DNA of 64,000 nucleotides. It comes from an uncultured delta proteobacterium. GTDB taxonomy: Bacteria; Myxococcota_A; Polyangia; Palsa-1104. Where the stretch lies: positions 128,001 through 192,000 of the forward strand of contig CAWAWS010000039.1 of assembly GCA_963785725.1 (NCBI GenBank), read 5' to 3'. Of this stretch, positions 53,430 through 64,000 are shown one piece after another. The translations under genes and the position numbers were made by a program. The notes beneath the pieces are model-generated. The model did not search any database. It was given only the letters and a program-made list of their open reading frames with translations, and was not told the origin of the DNA. Position 1 is the first letter of the stretch; each line of letters opens with the position of its first letter.

Positions 53430-54565
53430 CAACGATCGATCTCCGGCGCCACGACATCGAGCGACGCGATCAGCGCCACCAAATCCGCGACCATGAGGCC
53501 ACGCGATTTGTCGCGAATGATGCCCATGGCGTTGAACGAGCCGGTGCGAAAGCGCGCCCGATAGGCGTGCGCGCCGCCGTCGCCGACCACGTAGCAGCTC
53601 ATGTCGCCGCGCGCCGCTTCCACGCGCGCCATGGCGTCGCCTTTGGGCTTGAGCTTCTTCGGCTGCTTCCAGAAGTCGGGCGGCGTCGCGTCGATGAGGT
53701 CGAGGCACTGGCGGATCATCGACACCGACTGGCGCCACTCTTGACCGCGCACCCAATAGCGATCCCAGCAGTCGCCGACGACGCCCATGAGGCCGCGTCC
53801 GATGGGGACCTCGAACTTGAGCTTGCCGTAGATGGAGTAGGGCAGGTCGCGGCGCACGTCGAAGTCGACGCCCGAGGCGCGCAAGTTCGGTCCGACGAGC
53901 CCGAACGACTTGGCCTCGTCGGCGGTGATGACGGCGAGGTTGGCGAGCCGGCGCACGAACAGCTCGTTGTGCGTGATGAGCCGATCGAACTCGTCGGCGA
54001 CGTACTCGAAGTGGTCGCACCAGGCGAGCACTTTGTCGCGCCAGCCGGCGGGCATGTCCCAGCCGACGCCGCCGATGCGATGGTAGTTGTAGGTCAAGCG
54101 CGCGCCGCAGAGCATCTCGAGCAGCTCGTTGACGTACTCGCGCTCGCGCAAGATGTACGTGAACGGCGTGATGGCGCCGATGTCCATCGCCGTGGCGCCG
54201 AGCGCGATGCAGTGCGAGCTGATGCGGTTGAGCTCGTCGGAGATGACGCGCAAATACTCCGCGCGCTCCGGCACCGGCAAGTCGGCCAATTTCTCGACGG
54301 CGAGCGCCCACACGTGATTGGCCGGCATCGCGCACACGTAGTCGACGCGATCGGTGTAGGGCATGAAGCCCTCGTACGTGCACTTCTCGGCGATGTGCTC
54401 GATGGCGCGATGCAAGTAGCCGACGTCGGGGATCGCCTCGTGCATGATCTCGCCGTCGGTCCTGATGATGAAGCGGATGACGCCGTGGGTGCTCGGATGC
54501 TGCGGCCCCATGTTGAGCGTCATCTCTTCGCCCGACGCCTCGTAGGCCAAGATGAGCTCGCTCAT
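53429..54565 (-). CDS. nuoD: NADH-quinone oxidoreductase subunit D
   Basis: [39 protein letters not shown]; no NiFe-binding CxxC motifs. Confidence 0.95.
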   Translation of the reverse strand: MSELILAYEASGEEMTLNMGPQHPSTHGVIRFIIRTDGEIMHEAIPDVGYLHRAIEHIAEKCTYEGFMPYTDRVDYVCAMPANHVWALAVEKLADLPVPERAEYLRVISDELNRISSHCIALGATAMDIGAITPFTYILREREYVNELLEMLCGARLTYNYHRIGGVGWDMPAGWRDKVLAWCDHFEYVADEFDRLITHNELFVRRLANLAVITADEAKSFGLVGPNLRASGVDFDVRRDLPYSIYGKLKFEVPIGRGLMGVVGDCWDRYWVRGQEWRQSVSMIRQCLDLIDATPPDFWKQPKKLKPKGDAMARVEAARGDMSCYVVGDGGAHAYRARFRTGSFNAMGIIRDKSRGLMVADLVALIASLDVVAPEIDR

Positions 54566-55098
54566 GTCGGCTCCTTCGTGGCCTTGTCCCAGATGGGCAA
54601 GAGGTCGAGCGTGTTCGGCCGCGTCGTCGGCATGCCGCGATATTGCGTCGCCTCTTGGTAATCCTTGCGCATCGGATGCCCCGGCCAATCGTCGGGCAGC
54701 ATGATGCGCCGCAAGTCGGGATGGCCGACGAAGACGACGCCCAAGAGGTCGAACTGCTCGCGCTCGGACCAATCGGCGGCCCGCCAAATGTGCGCCACCG
54801 ACGGCACTTCCGGCTTGGCCCGCGGCAGCGCGATCTTGACGACGCAGCCGTGTCGTTGCGCGTACGACCACAAGTGATAGACGATCTCGAGCTGCTCCTG
54901 CTTGATCCAATCGACCGCCGTCAGGTTCTGCAGGAACTCGAAGGCGAAGTCGCGATCGTCGCGCAGCGCCGTGGCGACCTCGAGCCAGCGCTCGGCGCGG
55001 ACGCGGAAGTACGGATCTTTGGTGCCGTCGGTCGTGAAGTCGTGGACGGCGTCGCCGAAGCGGCGCTCGAGCGCGTCGAAGAGGCTGCGGGCGTCCAT
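54562..55098 (-). CDS. nuoC: NADH-quinone oxidoreductase subunit C
   Basis: [26 protein letters not shown]...GHPMRKDY. Confidence 0.95.
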   Translation of the reverse strand: MDARSLFDALERRFGDAVHDFTTDGTKDPYFRVRAERWLEVATALRDDRDFAFEFLQNLTAVDWIKQEQLEIVYHLWSYAQRHGCVVKIALPRAKPEVPSVAHIWRAADWSEREQFDLLGVVFVGHPDLRRIMLPDDWPGHPMRKDYQEATQYRGMPTTRPNTLDLLPIWDKATKEPT

Positions 55099-55108
55099 CA
55101 GCCGGCCG

Positions 55109-55519
55109 TCACGTCTCGGTATTTTCGAGCGTGTCTTGTCGCGACGCCTTGATCCACTCGAGATCCCCGTGCCGCCAGACATAAGCGAGCCCGAGCGCCA
55201 GAATCGCGATGAAGACGAAGAGCTCGACGAACGCCACGCCGCCGAGGCCGCGCGCCACCCAGCGACGGAAGACGACCGCGACCGGATAGGTGAAGGCGAC
55301 CTCGACGTCGAAGATGAGGAAGACCAGCGCCACGATGTAAAAGCGCGGATTGAAGTTGAACCAGGCCGATTCGACGGGCACTTCGCCGCATTCGTAGACG
55401 GTCAGCTTGTCGAACTCGGGCACTCTCGGTCGGACCAGCCAACCAAGCGTCAGCATCAGCAGCGGAACCGACAGTCCCACCGCGACGAAGAAGAAGATGC
55501 TGGCGAGCTCGAAATGCAC
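55109..55519 (-). CDS. nuoA: NADH-quinone oxidoreductase subunit A
   Basis: YECGE, RFYIVALVFLIFDVE, YVWRHGDLEW. Confidence 0.95.
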   Translation of the reverse strand: MHFELASIFFFVAVGLSVPLLMLTLGWLVRPRVPEFDKLTVYECGEVPVESAWFNFNPRFYIVALVFLIFDVEVAFTYPVAVVFRRWVARGLGGVAFVELFVFIAILALGLAYVWRHGDLEWIKASRQDTLENTET

Positions 55520-55603
55520 GTTGTGCTCCGAAATAGCCGTTCGTCGGCGCAGGGTCAAGCGCCGGCAAGGCTCGCATTTGCGCGCGCCCGACCGACGGAA
55601 TGA

Positions 55604-55640
55604 CTAGAACATGTTCTAGCCTAAATGTAACGTGTTCTAG
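55604..55640. promoter_or_regulatory. Twin palindromic operator-like sites upstream of nuoA
   Basis: Perfect palindrome CTAGAACATGTTCTAG (55604-55619) and TGTAACGTGTTCTA (55626-55639), 21 bp apart. Confidence 0.7.
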
Positions 55641-56125
55641 TTACAGCTTGCGCAGATCGAAGCGGCCGTTGACCAGCTCCTCGCGTCCCCACGGGAAGGC
55701 CACTTTGTCGACGGCCGAAGCGGTCGTCGCGGCCAAATCGGGGCGAAAGCCGGGCTCGCGGCGCACCAAAGCGACCGTGAAGGCGTCCTTGATGCCGACG
55801 CGCTTGAGCTCGTGCAGCGCGATGCGGAAGGTATCGCCGGTGCGCGACAGGTCGTCGACGAGACAGACGCTGCGGTCGGCCAGGTCGCGCGTGGGCGGCA
55901 CGATGACGCGCGTGACGCCGCCGCGTTTGGCCAGGCGAATGGGGAAATATTCTTTGTTGAGCATGAAGCTCAGCGTGGTGCCGACGATCGATCCGCCGCG
56001 AGCGATGCCCACGACGGCGTCGACCGGTCCGCGGTTGTACACCGCCACCGCCAGCTGCTTACACAGCTCGCCGAACTCTTGCCAACTGATGTCACGACGC
56101 GGTCCGTCGCCGGGAATGGCACACC
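55641..56125 (-). CDS. Type I phosphoribosyltransferase (start uncertain, probable indel)
   Basis: ISWQEFG, VVGIARGG, PRPP-binding motif CLVDDLSRTGDT, FPW. Confidence 0.8.
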
Positions 56126-56161
56126 TCCGGCCGATATCGTACCGCGAACGGGCGGGTCTGC

Positions 56162-57244
56162 CTACTTCTTGGACTTCTTCTTGGCGCCGGGCGTTTCGGA
56201 GTCACCGAGCAGATCGTCCATGGCGCTACCCGACGACGACGATTTGGCCGCCGGAGCCGCGGCCGGCGTCGACGAGGCCGGCGTTGCGGCGGTGGGCGGC
56301 GTCGCACCGCCGGCGGCGGCCTGCTGATCGCTGCCCGGCGCGCCCGGCGCCAGCTCGGCCAGCTGCACGGCGTATTCGGCGGGGATCGACTTGTCGAGCA
56401 GCTCGGCGCGGCCCAGCTTGGGATAGCGCGCGAGCATGCGGCGCTTGACGTCGGCCGCGGCGCCGCCGGCGATACGCGCGGGCGCGCCCTGCTTGACGTG
56501 CTCGGCGACGGCGTCGTGGAAGAACTTCAAGTACGCCAGCGTGTCGTCGAGCAGCTCGGGGCCGCCGGACGTGCCGTGCGACGGGTAGATCAGCTTGGGC
56601 TCGAGCGCCTTCAGCTCGGCGATGCGGTCTTGCCACACTTTGCTGCGGCCCCAGGTGAGGTCGAGGTGCTGCTTGCCGGCGACGACATCACCGGCGATGA
56701 GCTCGCCCGTCTTCGGCAGGTAGACCGCGAGCGACGCCTCGGCGGCGGCGGGGCCGAGCGGGATGATCTCGACTTCCACTTCGCCGACGATGTCGTGCAT
56801 GCGCTCTTCGACGGCGGGCGTCGGCGCGTCGACGTGGCGCGGCACGTCGTCGCCGACGCGGCGGCGCAGGATCGAGAGGCGCTGGTCGCCGTGGTTCTGA
56901 ATCTCGGTCGCGATCGCCGGCGTCGTCCACGCCGGCACGTCCGGCTTGCGCATCTCGGCGAGGCCACCGAAGTGCGTCGGCGACGCCTCGGTGATGTAGA
57001 TGCGATAGGGGCGGATCATCTTGCCGCGCATGCTCTTGGCGTCCGACGTCGTGGCCGGCACGTCGACGACGATCGGCCCCGTCTGCGTGTCGAACCAGTA
57101 GACGTTGACGTGGTCGCCGTCGCTGCCTTGGCTGAACGTGTGCACGATTCCGCCGGACGACTTCGGGTGAACGATGCCGAGCTCGGCCATCGGGCCGCAG
57201 CCCGCGACGAGCACGACCACTGCGACCATCATTTTCGTGCGCAT
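56162..57244 (-). CDS. Metallo-beta-lactamase-fold lipoprotein with degenerate metal motif
   Basis: VLVAGC lipobox; IVVD, LIAGD, IYPSHG; TEASPTH in place of THxHxDH. Confidence 0.7.
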   Translation of the reverse strand: MRTKMMVAVVVLVAGCGPMAELGIVHPKSSGGIVHTFSQGSDGDHVNVYWFDTQTGPIVVDVPATTSDAKSMRGKMIRPYRIYITEASPTHFGGLAEMRKPDVPAWTTPAIATEIQNHGDQRLSILRRRVGDDVPRHVDAPTPAVEERMHDIVGEVEVEIIPLGPAAAEASLAVYLPKTGELIAGDVVAGKQHLDLTWGRSKVWQDRIAELKALEPKLIYPSHGTSGGPELLDDTLAYLKFFHDAVAEHVKQGAPARIAGGAAADVKRRMLARYPKLGRAELLDKSIPAEYAVQLAELAPGAPGSDQQAAAGGATPPTAATPASSTPAAAPAAKSSSSGSAMDDLLGDSETPGAKKKSKK

Positions 57245-57341
57245 GGCGGGCACAATAGCGCTGCGTTTTCACCGACGTCAATAAGCCCGCGCGACGCGCA
57301 CCCATACGCACGCAGCGGCTGCGCGGCGCGACCGCCGTGCC

Positions 57342-57468
57342 GGACGCGCAAGTGTGTGCCGAGCGCGTGACTTTGCAGCTGGGGGCGAACCGCGGCGCTC
57401 CGAGACGCCGATGGCGATAAACCAAGCACCGCGGCGCCCCGATCCGCCGCTGGCCGGCACGACGGAGC
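57342..57468 (-). repeat. Dispersed intergenic repeat, copy C (inverted, more diverged)
   Basis: Minus strand GCTCCGTCGTGCCGGCCAGCGGCGGATCG...TGGTTTATCGC...GTCTCGGAGCGCCGCGGTTCGCCCCCA matches the blocks of copies A and B. Confidence 0.75.
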
Positions 57469-57745
57469 TTCGGCGCGCGTGCCCACCGGGCACCTGCCGC
57501 GCCGAAGCCGCAGGACGACCGCTCAGCCGATGCTGCTCGTGGCGAAGGTCGCGTCCGCACGAAGACGCTCGCCGAACGCTCGCCCGAGTGTGTGTGAACG
57601 CCGACAGGAGCAACTTTTGGCCGGCGAACGCGATAATGGGTGGGCGGATGGGGGAAATCCGTCGAGCCCACCATCCTCTGGAATCGGCCGATCTTCCGGA
57701 ATCGATCGTCGCCGCTGCCCCGCCCGCCCGCCCGCTCGCCGTCCG

Positions 57746-58210
57746 TCACTTCCGCGGCGGCCGCCACCGATCATCCGCCGCCGCTTGATCCCGCCGTTCC
57801 CGCCGCCGCATCCCCGCCTTATCTTCCGCCTCCCGCTGCAACCCCGCCGCCTCGCGCGCCCGCAGCGCCTGCTCCAGCCGCTCCTGCGCCAGCGTAACCC
57901 CTCGCAACGCCAGCGTAACCTCCCGTTCCGCAGACTCCAAGCTCACCTCCGCCGCCGCCAACCGCGCGCGCACCTCGCCCGCGAACGCCTCCCGCGCCGC
58001 GAGGTCGCCCACCCGTCGCCGCCCACCGCTCACGCCTGCCGCCGATTCCCGCAGGCGCGCCTTCAGCGCATCCGCCGCCGCCTTGGCCGCCGCGCGCGCC
58101 GACTCCGCCCGGTCCACCGCCGCGCGTGCGTCCGCCAGCCCGCGCATCGCCTCCAGCTCCTCCGCGCGCCTCAGTCGCAACAATGTTTCAGTCGTGGCAC
58201 GCGGCGGCAC
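57746..58210 (-). CDS. Coiled-coil protein, FliJ/SctO-like
   Basis: ETLLRLRR.EE N-terminus, long Ala/Glu/Arg helix, RRRERRDQAAADD C-terminus, about 155 aa. Confidence 0.5.
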   Translation of the reverse strand: MPPRATTETLLRLRRAEELEAMRGLADARAAVDRAESARAAAKAAADALKARLRESAAGVSGGRRRVGDLAAREAFAGEVRARLAAAEVSLESAEREVTLALRGVTLAQERLEQALRAREAAGLQREAEDKAGMRRRERRDQAAADDRWRPPRK

Positions 58211-58252
58211 AACCCATTGTAACCCGCCCGTGCGTGCTATGCTGACTGCGCC

Positions 58253-60499
<2,247 letters not shown>

Positions 60500-60500
60500 G

Positions 60501-60551
60501 AAATAAGGGACAAATAAGGGGTTTGACGGTGCGGACCCCTCACGATAGAAT
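60501..60551 (+). promoter_or_regulatory. Sigma70 promoter with upstream direct repeat
   Basis: AAATAAGGG x2 (60501, 60512), then TTGACG-N17-TAGAAT. Confidence 0.7.
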
Positions 60552-60566
60552 CAACCGTCCCGATAG

Positions 60567-61931
<1,365 letters not shown>

Positions 61932-62102
61932 CAGGCGGCAGGCCGCAGGTCGGTCGGCCGCGCGACTCTGCGCGGTCGGTTCGTTCGCTTCCGAGTGTGA
62001 CGGCTGTTGCGGCTTGGACGGGGGTCGGCGGTCGGTTCGTTGCCGGAGGGGTTGTCGACCGGCGCGGACGCAGCGGGCGCCCGGTGGGCGCGCTGCGGCC
62101 GA

Positions 62103-62226
62103 GCTCCGACGGGCCGGCCAGCGGTGGATCGCGCAACGGTGTGGTTGGTTTATAGAGGGCTTGGTCTCGAAGCGCCGACGTTCGCCCCCAAACGCGGAAG
62201 TAGAAACGAGCACAGCGTTGGCGCCG
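62103..62226 (+). repeat. Dispersed ~125-bp intergenic repeat, copy B
   Basis: Gap-free alignment with 41351-41474. Confidence 0.85.
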
Positions 62227-62297
62227 AATGACTGTCACGACGCGTGGTCGACCGCCACTTCTTGGCGGCACTGTCGTCGTCGCGCCTGTGGCCGGGG

Positions 62298-62936
62298 CTA
62301 GGCGATTTCGCGTTCGAGCTGCTGCAGGTACTGACGCAGGAATTCGCTGCGTTCGCGCGCCATGCGTAGCGCCGTCGCCGTGTGCATGCGATCGCCGACG
62401 AGCAGCAGCTTCTTGTAGAAGTGGTCGACCGCGAACTCCTTGTCGACGGGCGCGCGCTCGCGGCAGAACGGATCGTCGACGGCATAGAACGGCCGGCCCA
62501 TGACGGCGGTCGTCGCGAAGCAGCGCGCGATGCCGATGGCGCCGATGGCGTCGAGCCGGTCGGCGTCCTGCAGCACGCGCGCCTCCAACGTCTCGGGCAC
62601 GACGCCGCGCGAGAACGAGTGCACGCGAATGCAGTATTCGACGCGCGTCGCGAAGTGATCGTCGTAGCCGTATGCGCGCAACAGCGCCGCCGCTTCGTCC
62701 GCACACCGATCGCCGGACAGCGCCGAGTCGGGATGATCCTTCGGCAGATTATGCAGCTCGTGCAGCAGCGCCGCCGTCTCGACGACGTCGACGTCAGCGC
62801 CTTCGGCGGCCGCGATCGTGCGCGCGTGCGACATGACGCGGCGAACGTGCAGCGCGTCGTGCGCCGGCTCGGCGTTGACCACGCGGCCGAGCGCATCGTC
62901 GCGCAGCCGCGCAAACCGTTGGCGATCGAGCGACAC
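62298..62936 (-). CDS. HD-domain phosphohydrolase (YedJ-like)
   Basis: AHDALHVRRV, LLHE, HSFS, QDADRLDAIGAIGIAR, HFYKKLL. Confidence 0.9.
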   Translation of the reverse strand: MSLDRQRFARLRDDALGRVVNAEPAHDALHVRRVMSHARTIAAAEGADVDVVETAALLHELHNLPKDHPDSALSGDRCADEAAALLRAYGYDDHFATRVEYCIRVHSFSRGVVPETLEARVLQDADRLDAIGAIGIARCFATTAVMGRPFYAVDDPFCRERAPVDKEFAVDHFYKKLLLVGDRMHTATALRMARERSEFLRQYLQQLEREIA

Positions 62937-62941
62937 GCGCG

Positions 62942-63803
62942 TCAGACCGGGAGCGCGAGGCCTTCGCGGGCAGCGACGAGCTCGACCGCGCGGCCGCCGC
63001 GTTCGTCGAGCAGCCGCCGCGTGCGCTCGGCCAGCGAGTCGACGATGTCGTCGGAATAATCCTGATCGTAATGAAACATCACGAGCTTGCCAACGCCGGC
63101 TTCGACCGCTGCCTGCGCCGCGTCCGCGATCGACGAAAAGCCGCGCGCCAAACGCAACGCGCGATCTTCGGGCGAATACGTGCAGTCGTGAATGAGCACA
63201 TCGGCGCCGGCGTAGAGCGCGCGCACTTCGGCGGTCGCACCGCCCGGCGGATAACCGGCGTCGCTGGCATAGACGAGCGAACGACCGTCCTCTTCGAAGC
63301 GATAGGCCAGCGCCTGCGTCGCGCCGTGCGGATTGAGCCGCGCCAACACGCGCACGCCATGACAGTCGAAGCTCGGATCCTTCGCCATGCCATCGACGGG
63401 CCGCAATTCGATCGCCGCGCCCAAGTTGCGCATCGTGTGCAGCGGCGAAAAATGCGGGTTCATCTGACCTTCGAGAATGCCCTCGAGCATCGACGACGAA
63501 CGCCCCGGGCCATGCACGACCAGCTTGTTCCCGGCGACGAACACCGGCGCGAAAAAGGGGAAGCCTTGGATGTGATCCCAATGCGCATGCGACAAGAAGA
63601 TCTGCGCCGCGCCCGCGCCCTTGCCGAACGGACCGGCCATCAGCTTGCGGCCGAACGGAATCGCGCCCGTTCCCATGTCGAGCACGAACAGGTCGCCGCC
63701 CGCCGTTCGCAGCTCGACGCACGACGTGTTCCCGCCGTAGCGGTTCATTTCCGGGACCGGGCGCAGGCACGGAGCCGCGCACGCCCCAGAAAGTTACCTC
63801 CAT
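62942..63803 (-). CDS. MBL-fold metallo-hydrolase, frameshift near 63750
   Basis: MEVTFWGVRGSVPAPG, then RYGGNTSCV, SHAHWDHIQG, LIHDCTY, VMFHYD. Confidence 0.88.
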
Positions 63804-64000
63804 CCCGTCACCTTGCCGCGGCCGGTCGACTTGCCGATCTGCAGCTCCATCCCTTCGGCGGCGGCGACGAGATCGAGATCGGGCGTCTCTTTGCGATGAT
63901 GAGCCAACAGCGCGTCGATCTGATCGTCGGTGCGCTCGGGCGCGTGATGAAAGAGCACGACGCACTTGGCGCCCGCCGCGCGCGAGATCTCGATCGCATC
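63794..64000 (-). CDS. C-terminus of a second MBL-fold hydrolase (partial)
   Basis: AAGAKCVVLFHHAPERTDDQID...VAAAEG resembles the C-terminus of the neighbouring MBL gene. Confidence 0.7.
   Translation of the reverse strand, partial: DAIEISRAAGAKCVVLFHHAPERTDDQIDALLAHHRKETPDLDLVAAAEGMELQIGKSTGRGKVTGWR

Noticed and set aside
53429..55098. Group 4 NiFe hydrogenase interpretation
   Set aside because: The large subunit lacks both CxxC nickel-binding motifs and has complex I signatures.

Overview
High-GC bacterial chromosomal window. An FHA-domain sigma54 activator next to a Ser/Thr kinase, a CHAT protein and DAG-rich lipoproteins suggest Myxococcota (inference only). Left to right: (1) about 23.5 kb Wzx/Wzy-type surface polysaccharide locus with many decorating enzymes and WbpB/E/D-like genes; (2) UvrD/Rep helicase and hisBHAF(IE)-dinG-plsY; (3) CHAT protein, folK, ZIP transporter, D-aminoacylase, DAP aminotransferase, FAH protein, FHA protein, UDG, aguA/aguB; (4) an atypical complex I operon, nuoA-C-D-H-I-J-K-L-M-N, lacking nuoB and nuoEFG, with a lipoprotein domain on NuoH, an RnfB-type Fe-S domain on NuoI and an Ig-like domain on NuoM, preceded by twin palindromic operators; (5) a kinase/FHA-EBP module, HD and MBL hydrolases. 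Non-coding highlights are a MIRU-like mini-ORF element at two operon junctions, a ~125-bp dispersed repeat in three copies, and a promoter-leader-14-aa ORF-terminator unit upstream of the sugar genes. More than a dozen single-base frameshifts suggest an unpolished long-read assembly, so apparent gene fusions need caution.
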